Origin: Mytilus edulis
Taxonomy: Eukaryota
NCBI RefSeq assembly: GCF_963676685.1
Contig: NC_092346.1
Coordinates: 62,806,001 to 62,870,000, forward strand
Length of the DNA: 64,000 bases
Reading direction: 5' to 3'
The notes beneath the pieces were generated by a model. The model saw nothing but the letters and a program-made list of their open reading frames with translations, did no database searches and was not told the DNA's origin. The position numbers were made by a program, and so were the translations under genes. Of this stretch, positions 53,002 through 64,000 are shown one piece after another (position 1 is the first letter of the stretch; the number at the start of each line of letters is the position of its first letter).

Positions 53002-54704
53002 ATAAATGGGGAATGTGTCCATTCTCCATAGGGACACAGATGATGCCCCCGTTAGCATTTAACATTATAAAGGGACATAACTCAAGAACTGTAAAAGTGA
53101 AACTGGCAAAATTTGAACTTAAACAAAGTTTAGTGGTAATAAGCGTTATATATACATTTCATTATATTTAGTTGAGATAAATTTAAGTGAAGAGAACAGA
53201 AACACATTTGTAAAGGGGCATAACCATAGAATGGTAATACAAGTGCTTGTAAGCACTGAATGGTAAAGATTGCTTTTATTTATCAGTTGGTAGTAAAATT
53301 GAATATTGCATTGTATAAAGCATTGGTTTTAGTTAGGGCCCCGCCAAAGGCGGGTCGCCCTATAGTGATCAGTCTGTCCGTCCGTCCATCCGTCCGTCTG
53401 TCCGTCCGTCCGTAACACTTTGTGTCCGCTCCATATCTAGAGAACCATTATGATTTCATACTTTATACTTTACATGTTTATTAACCACCACCAGAGGGCG
53501 TGTCATGATGTATGTACAACTTCCTAGGTCAAAGGTCAAGGTAAAAAAACTTTGGTTTCAGTTGACAACCCTGTGTCCTGTGGTGAAGATCGTGTCCGCT
53601 CTATATCTTGAGAACCGTTATGATTTCAAAGTTTATACTTGACATGTATATGAACCAACACCAGAGGGTGTGTCATAATTTATAAACGACTGCCTAGGGC
53701 AAAGTTCAAGGTAAAAAACTTTGGTTTCAGTTGACAACCCCATGTCCTGTGGTGAAGAGCGTGTCCGCTTTATATCTTGAGAACCAATATGATTTCAAAG
53801 TTTATACTTGACATGTATATGAACCAACACCAGAGGGTGTGTCATAATTTATGAACGACTGCCTAGGGCAAAGTTCAAGGTCAAAAACTTTGGTTTCAGT
53901 TGACAACCCTGTGTCCTGTGGTGAAGATCGTGTCCGCTCTATATCTTGAGAACCGTTATGATTTCAAAGTTTATACTTGACATGTTTATAAACCAACACC
54001 AAAGGGTGTGTCATAATTTATTTACAACTTCCTAGGTCAAAGGTCAAGGTCAAAAACTTTGATTTCAGTTGACAAACCCATGTCCTATGGTAAAGATACA
54101 ATTTTTTAATGCACATTATTCACAGCGGGGCCCACAGAGATGGCTCCCATCTCAATGATATCTAGTTGATTCAACTACCATTCTGGACAAAGAAAGATGA
54201 CTCCAATTTTCAAAGAAGATTTTGAAAATCATTGATTGTAGTTGATTCAACTAAAATCATGGACAAAGGAAGATAACTCCAATTTAAAAAAAAAATTACT
54301 TGATTGATATTTTTGAAATTTTTCAGTAATTTTTCCGTTTGAAAAGGGCATAACTCTAGAACAGTAATAGTGACGCCCCCAAAATTCAAACTTTATCTGT
54401 ATATTGTAGTAATAAGCATTGTGTATTAGTTTCATAACATTTGGTTGAGGCAAACTTAGTTAGAGAACGGAAACGAAAAATTTAGCAATTTTTCCATTTG
54501 TAAAGGGGCTTAACTCTAAAATGGTAAATTGATGCCACCAAAATTCAACCCTAATCTGTATTTAGTGGTAATAAGCATTGTGTATAAGTTTCATAACATT
54601 TGGTTGAGGCAAACTAAAGTAAGAGAACGGAAACCAACTTTGGGATGTACAGACGGACAAGGGTAAAACTTAATGCCCCCTCCACTACGGCGGGGTCATA
54701 AAAA
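53002..54704 (-). mobile_element. HINE interrupted by a second HINE
   Basis: Minus-strand start tttttatgaccccgccgtagtggagggggcatt..ttgtccgtctg at 54704; 3' end gggggcatcatctgtgtccc..ggacacattccccattt at ~53002-53050; shared gggcataactc core repeats. Confidence 0.65.
53327..54167 (+). mobile_element. HINE with (gtcc)n microsatellite and ~4 x 169-bp satellite-like core repeats
   Basis: Start tagggccccgccaaaggcgggtcgcccta; gtgtccgct recurs at 53422, 53592, 53761 and 53930; end hairpin gagatgg..ccatctc followed by ctagtt. Confidence 0.85.
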
Positions 54705-55945
54705 TCAAATCAAATAACGTGGCTATTGTGGTTGAAAATAAAACATACAGGTCAAACTGCAATTTTTGGCTTATATATAACTTGAAAAAAAGCAATTGGA
54801 GAAAAACTAAAAGGGAAGAAGTCAGCACAACAAACTATCTACCCTCAAAATTTTAGAAAATCTGTCTACCTGGTTTCTACCTGGTTTGAAGTTATTTCCC
54901 CTGAAATGTAAGTTTTTACCAATGTTCACAGTTTTTGACTTGTCTTGAAAACTATAGGAGCTAGTTGCAAAAAAGACCTGCAATAAAGAATGTATCAACC
55001 TGAAAATAGGAGAAAATTCAATTTTGGAGTTATTGCCCCTGAAACATATTTTGCTGGTAGATTTTGAAATATTTGTCACTCATAGTTCAAATTGTATATT
55101 TTGATGTAGGTAAAATACATTTTAACATATAAACTCAAACACACATATTAAAGGGAAGTAGCTATTGGTGATTTAAATTTCAAACAAACCGGCCATTTTC
55201 CATGTTCCAACCGGCGGCCAGTTTTGAGAAGTTTAAATGTAATAACCAATGAAAATGTAAATGAGGTCCAATTTTATAGTACATACAGGACAGACATCTA
55301 CACCTTACAATCTTTAAATTAAGCTGAGCTGTAGATTTAATTATTTAAGATCCAGACTTGTCCAGGAAAACTTAACATTCTTCAATGAACCATGAAAATG
55401 AGGTCAGGGTCAGATGATAAAACCCAGACAAATATGCACACCTTACAATAGTTCCATGCACCAAATATAGTTGACCAATTTCTTACTTTTGTAATAGATG
55501 TATGTAAGAAACAGACTTAACATTGATCAATGAACATGAGGTGATGGTATGATGAACATAGCCAAACAAACAGAAATGTACACTTTACAAGTATCCAATA
55601 CTCCAAATATATAGCTTACTAGCATTCGAAAAGCAGACCAAAGCACAAAATGTTATCATTGACCAATGAACAATGAAAAAACGGTGCAATTACCGTAAGG
55701 TATTTACCCTACTGCCTATATAGTATCAAGTGCTAATCACAGATTACTGATCAATGAAAGTAGGTCGGGTCAGGAGAACCCTGTCTGACGGACATGTAGA
55801 CCTTGCAAGGAATCTGTATACCAAAGACATGTACATGTACAATTACCTATCTCTTCATAAAAGGTGAGACGCATGACAAAAAGATATACATTTTTTCAGC
55901 AGTCATTGAACTATGAAAATGAGGTTAAAAAGTATATTGGACATA

Positions 55946-56784
55946 CCGTATTTGGGCATGTATAGTCCGCACTTTTTTTCCTTAAATATGTAGTTTGTAC
56001 AAGGGGTGCGGACTATACACACCTATAGACGGTTTTCGAAATTTATAAAAAAAAAAAAAAATATATATTTTTTTTTTTTTTTAATTTCGTTTTTTTCTGC
56101 ACTAATAATGTATATTGGAGACGTTAATTATATTTATTTCAATTAATTCTTATTCTTTTTAAACTTTTCTCTTCAAAATTGATTAGTCAAAGTAAAAGTG
56201 TGACATCCTGTATAGGTAATCAAGAGGGGTAATTAAGGATTAAGTATGGGTGTGTAGCAATTAAATAATGATGTCAAGTTTTGACAGATGTTAAATATTA
56301 TAATCCCCAGGCAATATAACAACATGATCAATGAAAAGATTATATAAGATTAAATAGTTTAAAAATTTTGATTACTGCTAATTAATTTAGATAAATGTTT
56401 GATCTCTTTTTTCTTTTGTTCCATAATATTCAAATTATTTCTGTTATATTATTCATCAGCTTGGACATACTTAGACAAATGTTGATTTTAAAAGGGATAT
56501 TTTGATTAATAATTACTTTTATAAAATTATCAAATATTAATTACCTGATGAAAAGCTCTACCATTTCATTATTTTTCATGAAATAAATAAAACAAAATTT
56601 ATTATTTTTATAAAAAACATGGAGAATAGATCACTTTCAGTGGATTTTCAGTGAACTAGACTTTGTTAAAAAAAATTTTTTTTTTTTTTTTTTTTTTTTT
56701 ACAAAACTTTTTTTCTCGATTTTAAGGGGATGAAAAGGGGGTGCGGACTATACATAACTGCGTACTATACACGGCCGAATACGG
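55946..56784. mobile_element. TcMar (Tc2/pogo-like) non-autonomous element
   Basis: TA|ccgtatttgggcatgtatagtccgca ... tgcgtactatacacggccgaatacgg|TA, with internal gtgcggactatac repeats. Confidence 0.85.
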
Positions 56785-58268
56785 TATTATAGATGAAAAT
56801 TTTGTAACATTAGGCATCTTGATACAACAGATAAAGCATCTGGTTCTTCAACCCTCTGAATATAAAGCTAAACTCCACAATCAGGTAGTATTCTGAATGT
56901 CCTGCATTCTGTGACTGTTAGTACACTCGCACTACAGATGCAATAATAATGACTTAAAGTCATCATTAGAGAGCAATTATTTGTCTTGTTTACCAATTTT
57001 CTTTACAAAAAAAAACATCAGCTTTTCCATTGGAAAAACTTTATTCCTCTTTTTGTTGTTCCTTTATTCACACGAGGCAGACATCATACAGGAGCTTCTT
57101 AGGAAGAATGATATTTTATAGATACCTATTCAAGTTTGTTGACCTTTTAACAGATGACAAGGGATATATTCCAAATGCAGTATTCCTGTCCATCTTTTTC
57201 CTGAATTCTACATATCATGGAGATTTTACATGAGCAAAGTGCTTGACACCACATGTGGAACAGGAGCTGTTTATTTTTCTTGGACGACTTAGGTCAAAAT
57301 TGATCTTACAAGAACTAATATTAACACAGCCACTATTGTCAGATGTCTCCTTATAGCCCTAGAATAATTTTTAAACCATTTTGTTATTTTGCAGACATTA
57401 AAGTTGAAGAACTACAAATCAGTGAATATGCCTTTAATCGCCAGTCTACTCTGTATAGGAGCAATTACCCTTGGAAGAAAGATCTATTTTTTGACACTTT
57501 GTTTCTGGTAATCATCTCTATAAAATTTTCTAGAAAATAGGTAAAAATACAAGAAAATCCATAAAAAGCAGTTTTATTGAAGGCAATAACTTAAGTGTAT
57601 GAAAAATTCAATAATGTTGACTTATTTTATATCTGACAGGGAAAATCATTTACTCTGGATCTAGTACTGTGGAATAATTCCAACACAACTTTTTTTTTTA
57701 AGTTACCATTTTTAAATTTATATGCACTTGTATAAATTTAATGTAATATAGGTGGGGAAAAAATAAAATCCTTGAAGAACCTACCTTTTGTTACGATGAT
57801 AAATTTTTTGTTCTCTTCCTGAATATACATGAAATATTTGTTACTAGATTTTAAGCAAGCAACACTCACTAATTGATCATGTTTTGTGACATAGATATAA
57901 ATACCTGCAAGTAAACATTAAATTGAAAATGGAAATGGGGAATGTGTCAAAGAGACTACAACCTGACCTAAGAGAAGAAAACAGTCAAAGACAACCAATG
58001 ATAACCAGTATGATGGCAAGACTACTCCTTATATATCAGTTGTTAGCCTACTAAAGCTCACAGAAAAATAATCTGTATGATGATGTGTAGGCTTTTCAAT
58101 GCAGACTTGCATAGTCTGCTGTCTCCAGGTACATATAATATCAGCAGAAGTGGATCAATCAATGTACATGGTATTGTAAAGGAAAACCAAGGTTTGGCAG
58201 AATTTTGTCATGTCATTGTGAAGGAATTGTGGATTAACAAACAGATGTTGTTAGGCAGAAACTGTTAA

Positions 58269-59216
58269 GAGTCAAGACTAAGTTTATAGTCCAGTCAATC
58301 TAGTAGAAATTTGACCCTAACCTGAAAGTAATTGCAACAGAAGATTTTAAAGTTTAATCTATAGTATTATACCCCAAATATACACAGAAAAAAGTCCCAT
58401 AAAATCTTACTTGAGGAAGACTTAAAAAATCACCATTTAAAATTCCTATGGAGATTTGCATTGAAAAGGGAGATTACTCTTGCAAAAAAGGCAGAAATAT
58501 AAATAAAAATTGATAAAAAAATAATAACTTTAACTATTCATCAGAATGTATTGATTCTTGATTTTTTAGCGGTCTTTAGAGTATAACAAACAACTCTAAA
58601 GGTGTTTTTATATCTTTTATCAAGCTATAATCTAGATTTCGTAATTCATTAGTTGACCATTTATTGAATTTTTCAACATGTCAAGGTAAAGAATCTCAAA
58701 TTTAATAAAAATAATTAAGCAGGTATTCTTCTTTTTGTGGTTTAAAGTTTCTTTAGACAAGTGAGATGCTGAAAATTATAATATACAGATATAAACAATA
58801 CCAAATTTTAACATTATTCTTTTCAAAATGGTCACAAAGCTTCAAATTTGCAATTTTTTCAATGAAAAATGCACACAAAAAAACAACTACCCATAACACT
58901 TCGGTTTTGTACATTTCATAAGCAGAAGATTATATAATTTAGTCAAAGACCAACTTATAACCCCATCAAAGTATCATACTTTACATAAATTTCAAGAAAA
59001 TAAACCAAAAACTGACCAAAAAAGACTCATTTTTGTGGAGTTATCTTCCCTTTCAGTGTTAATTACCATGGGAAATTAAAATTGCTGATTTTGAGTTTTC
59101 CTCAAGTTAGATTTTATGGGACTTTTTTTCTGTGTATATTGAGGGCATAATGCTATAGATTAGAATTAAAACATTTTCTGTTGCAATTAGTTTGAGGTTA
59201 AATCTTAGTTTGACTC
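58269..59216. mobile_element. Foldback element with ~200-bp imperfect arms
   Basis: aatctatag.attat.ccc.aatatacacagaaaaaagtcccataaaatct.acttgaggaa (58357-58420) is inverted at 59097-59162; similarity extends outward to gagtcaa/ttgactc. Confidence 0.75.
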
Positions 59217-59819
59217 GACAAGTTTCTGCATGGGGAAACCTCAAAATGAAAAAAAGTTTTAAAAGCAGCTGCACAAATTTATGTTCTAAAGAAGAATCTT
59301 TGCATGTTTGGTTGAATTTTGTCAAGATGTTTTCTACTGTGGAGATGTTTTATACCAGTTGAGGATAATCAAAGTGTGACACTGACTCAGAAGTTATCCC
59401 TGTTGTTACTTAACATTCACAGAACATTGTCAGGTAACTATATTTACTTATCAACTATTCATCCACAATTAAAAGATATGTTATTATCAACGCTAGTTGG
59501 ATGGTGAAATATTGGGAGCAGTCACGTAATAAAGACTCACATTACACAGTTCTCTAACCACTTTTGTAACTATTGTATACTATTATGCCAGTGATCCTGA
59601 CATTTAAGCTATACTCAATACTTTTTTTGAATTTAATTAGTAAATAAAAACATGTTTTTTTATTACATGATATTCATTTTAAAACAAAAACATAGCTGTT
59701 AACAATATTCATTAACAAACAAGGAAATCACTGAATTATATCCATTATTTCAGTTGACCATGTGGTCAGTAATGTAATAAGTAGCACTAAAATCTTTTGA
59801 TAAATCATCTACCCTCTTC

Positions 59820-62800
59820 TCATTCATCTGCTTCAATAACATTTTCAACTGACCTGAAAAATACCATTAAAATATATAACAACTATGTACAAGGCTTAGA
59901 AACAGGTAGAAAGCCAGGCTGTGCGAAGTTTTTCTATCCTGTTTTCAGTCAAGTAAATTAAATTCAGACTTTGAAACAAATTTATGATTATTCTTTATAT
60001 ATACTGCAACTCCTACTACTGTTCCAAATGAAATATTTGGGGTAAAAAGCAACAATTTTTAAATTGGAGGAGCGACATAAAAATTTCACAAACATGTACT
60101 TTTAATGACGACATATATAAAACTCTACAGAAACGCACTGTCAATGTCAATGTCATGAACAAGGCAATATACAGTCAGTGTTCTCCATGGAACTTTTAGC
60201 ATCAAGGTAATGTGATGATAATATTTCTTGAATTGGTTTTCTTATACATTACATTATGTATGTGATGGTATAATTTTTAGTAACAAGATGGTATTTAAAA
60301 TTTACTTGTTTACCAGGATGCTAGATGAAGTATCTGGGGAAAACACTGTACAGTAAGTTTCTGTATAACACAAATGATTATCCCTCAATGCAATTTGAAA
60401 GCATAAATAGCACAGTATATACTTCATTAAAAAAGTGATCTTGAAAAATCTTTTCCATTTACATAAACTGTTACATGTACAGTGAGATGGTTTTTTTTTA
60501 CTTTGTCACATACTATTTTATTTAAGAAATTCCTGAAGATAAAAAAATAATAAGTACCATGTATTTACCATACCATGAGAAAAAAGTGTGGTAAAATCAA
60601 TAGCCATTCATTAATGTGTATTTACCAAAAATTTGTTTTAGTTGAAATATGTGCTATAATTTTGTTCTATTTTTTTTAACCTTGAACTCTCTGTTCTGAC
60701 ACCATATCTTTTTATAAATGTTATAAGTATGATGACACAACAATTTTAAACATCCCAACAATTGAAAATACAGTTTTACACTTGTAGGTAAGCAATTCAA
60801 GCTTATTATGAAAGTTCTATATTATACATGTAGAAATGGGAAGGGTTTGGCACCTGCTAACATGTTTAAACCTGCCACTTTCATTTAAAAGTGCCTGTTT
60901 CAAGGCAGTGATTCAGTGGTTGTCATGTGTTTCTGAATTTCATATAAAATTTGTTGTTTGATACATTTACATAAATCAGGCAATTAATTTTCTCGTTTTA
61001 AATTTTTCATTATGCAGCCATTTTTAGTTTTCAATATGGTATGGGTTCTGCTCATTGTGTAAGCTATACCATGACCTATGGTTGCTAATTTCTGGGTCTT
61101 TTAATTTTGGTCTCAATTTGAGAGTTATGTCATTGTCAATCCTACCACATCTTCTTTATTTTACTGATACATGTGAATTATGCATCTTTAACTTACTTTT
61201 CTTCTTGCTCTCCTTTTTTACTGTACTTGTCAAATAAATCTTTGCCTGTCATTTCTTCCACTTTCATGCCTCTACCCAGGGTAATTTTTGTAGTCTTTGC
61301 ATTTGAGTCAGCATATCCATACACTAATAATGCTTTTTGTGCTACAAGGAAAATTTAGATCAAGTAGAACAATAATAAACTGAAATCACAACTAGGATAG
61401 AAGTTCTTGCCATGAGGTAATATCAAGCTTTCCAAATAATGTACATTTGTACATGTGTTCATTGTACATTGTTGTATGTAGGTCTTTTATTTATTTGTTT
61501 GTTTGTTTCAGTAATTATAAGTAGTCATCCTCATGATCCTGTTGGTAGCTGGGTTTTGTTTCATGTTTTTCTTTCATGACATAAATGTATGATCTAGATA
61601 TATATGTATTACCTTTTAATGTATATGTTATTTTATCTAAAATATACAGCACCAGGTTTGTGATACCCTATAATTTTAACAATGGTGCTTTTATATGAAT
61701 GGACATAAATCATTGATAATAAAATGCAATCTATAACAGCAATCTAATCCAGATTTTAAAACACTTTGACGCAAAATTAGAAACAATCAAAGTTGCTTAA
61801 ATAGTTGATGGAAACATTTCCTGAAACATCAATTATTATTTCATTTTTCCTGAATTAAGAATTTAATTTCACAAAAAAAATTTTGGGGGCTGCTAGCCGA
61901 TTTTAGGGCCACTACGTATACCCAGTTTCTCTCAGATCTGCAAGTAATGTCATTTTGGTGTGGGTATGTACCTGTATGAGGGTAGTAATGCCCTTTATCG
62001 TCAGGTGTTAAACGGTCATTTTCAGCTACTGTTAGCGTCAAATTGGTTAAATGTTTACCGTGATTCGTCTAAATATTCTTATCGTGAATCGTCAGAGGTC
62101 TCAAATAATTATTGTTACCGTTATTTTAGGAAAAAAAGTAACATGATTCATGAAAATCATTTGGTTTGTCTTATAGTGTAAAAGAAAGTGTTCATTTTAT
62201 TGTCATGCAAAAAAATATACCATTGACGTCATTTAGCAAGAATTTTTACCATTATTCGTCATAAAAGTATTCCCATTACTACCCTCATGTATATAAGCAC
62301 TCTGTGTTTTCATTATATGGTTTTACACTAGTCATTTTTGGGGCCCTTAATACAATGTAATAGCTTGTGAGCCAAGGTTCTGTGTTGAAGACCATACTTT
62401 GACTATGAAATGGTTTACTTCAACAAATTGTGATTGAGAGTTGTCTCATTAGCACTCATTTCTTTTAACCATCATTTTTTTTGTTAAGCACCAATTTTAA
62501 AACTGAAGAACAGAGGAATCCAGGTCCAATCACCCCAAATCATGTTGCCTCCCAATTGTCATTTGCTCCTTTTCATGTTCATACCCTTTTTAAAGGTTTT
62601 GTTTAAAAACATGATTTCAAAAATGCTTTATTTTGTATTGCTATAAAATAAAGAAAGTTTGTTTTTTAATTGTTTTTATTTTCATATATTTTGTCTTTTC
62701 GATAGAACATCTAAATCAAAATACTGAAGTACTGAACATTGGATGACCGCAATTTTTCGGTATATATATGTGTGCATAGATATTATCAATGATTTTTTAC

Positions 62801-63502
62801 TTATATATATATATATATCTACTGACAAAAAATTTTCATATTAATAATTTTATGTTCTAAACAATAATATTTTTATCAGTATTCATTGAAGAGATGTATT
62901 TATAACATTTATAACAAATGATATGGAATGATATTTTGCACTTATTAATATCCGTGTAGTAATTATGTTTATAGATCGGTTAAAAACCTTAAGCAAATAT
63001 TATGTAATGGAAATCTGACGAAAGCAATACACTGGAATATGTACACCTTATCGCTAATCCTGGCTGACCCGGCCGCTTGAACTTTTGACGCATACAACAA
63101 TCACTTTTCCATTGTGGCGTTAGATATTTTGCTTTATGACGTCAAAATTTTATGGGAACCTGTGTGATATCCAGTAATGGCGGACAAATAGCAATAAGGT
63201 GTATGCCCTCACGGTCATCTGCTGTAAAAACATCTCTAATTCAACATGTTCAACCAGTATTTGGATAAGAAGAGTGCATGAATAGACGCAATACCAGAAC
63301 AGAGATATGGGAATTACTACATATAGCTGTAAAGCTTACTGTGACTTAAAGAGTCGTATTCTGGATGTTCCTCTTTAGTTCTCTTCATAATTTTATGCCA
63401 AGCTATATAGCCAAAAAAATTCCATGCAGTAAAAGCATACATTAAAGGCAGGTATCTTTTCCATCCAGTCCTTTGAGAAGCTGTATACCTATATCTTTTC
63501 AT
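59820..63502 (-). CDS. Small uncharacterised single-pass membrane protein, 3 exons (63502-63340, 61341-61197, 59853-59820), ~113 aa
   Basis: GT-AG junctions join in frame (phase 1, then phase 2). Basic N-terminus, hydrophobic segment YLPLMYAFTAWNFFGYIAW, charged tail ending VIEADE*. AATAAA on the minus strand at ~59659-59664. Confidence 0.75.
61977..62287. mobile_element. MITE with 14-bp perfect TIR
   Basis: TGTA|tgagggtagtaatg ... cattactaccctca|TGTA. Confidence 0.75.
63042..63203. mobile_element. Short MITE
   Basis: Inverted termini tacaccttatcgcta / tagcaataaggtgta. Confidence 0.6.
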
Positions 63503-63747
63503 GATGTTATATAATTTTGCATTTTCAGCTAATTTAACAAATCAGAAGGAAAAAGTATTCAAAGTCAAATCTTTCATGGGGGCTGACATGACACCGGAAA
63601 CATACATACCAACTTTGCTAACGAGTACTTTGATTAGTTATTTTTCTTTTCAGTCGTTGATTGAACCAATCACAAAATAGATTACTAAATACCGGTAAAT
63701 CTGACAAATCCGCGGGAAAGTCTTAATATAAATAAATTAAGGTTAAA
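63503..63747. promoter_or_regulatory. Bidirectional promoter
   Basis: 245 bp between divergent ATGs, with an ETS-like accggaaa (~63593) and a CCAAT box (63666). Confidence 0.65.
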
Positions 63748-63895
63748 ATGAGTGCCGTGGTAATAGACGTAGACTCTTGTAATAGGGCTCCGGATTGCAA
63801 AACTCACCTTTTACCGTGTGAGATAAGTTACAATGGTCAAGCAAAGGTCGAAGAATATTTTGCAAGCTCAATTAACCAAGACATGGAAAGTAAAG
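63748..63895 (+). CDS. RNASEH2C: Ribonuclease H2 subunit C, first coding exon (gene continues beyond the window)
   Basis: THLLPCEISYNGQAKVEEYF matches the RNase H2C N-terminal signature (HLLPC.I..dG.A.V..yF); donor G|GTATTT at 63896. Confidence 0.82.
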
Positions 63896-64000
63896 GTATT
63901 TTATTTTTAATAAATCGAATTAAACTTCCTAATTATCCAATTTGTGTAGTAATTGTACCTCAGGAATCGGAATAAAATTCTGTAAATTACGAGAAGCTCT

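Overview
AT-rich, intron-rich animal DNA; the repeat landscape and the B-box gene type suggest a bivalve, probably Mytilus (inference). Host genes: a single-exon B-box + NHL-like gene (6268-7353, -); a complete multi-exon TECPR2 gene (15954-49113, +, ~1575 aa, C-terminal LIR motif EDWELV); an unannotated 3-exon ~113-aa membrane-protein gene (59820-63502, -); and, head-to-head with it, exon 1 of RNASEH2C (63748-63895, +). The main finding is an apparently intact 12,861-bp CACTA/EnSpm (CMC) transposon (31945-44805, 2-bp CA target duplication) inserted inside a TECPR2 coding exon. It carries a spliced ~903-aa transposase (-) and a divergent ~776-aa BEN-domain gene (+). Its imperfect terminal repeats supply a GT donor (CCC|GTATGA) and an AG acceptor (TTTTTTCGTACAG|G). 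Splicing at these sites would remove the element as one giant intron and leave exactly 6 nt (WLP-PA-VDSG), preserving the host frame. This is a candidate autonomous self-intronizing transposon; splicing is predicted from sequence and not demonstrated. The rest of the window holds Helentron-type non-autonomous elements, many MITEs, decayed Penelope-like RT pieces, a minimal hammerhead motif, a minisatellite and a 100-N gap.
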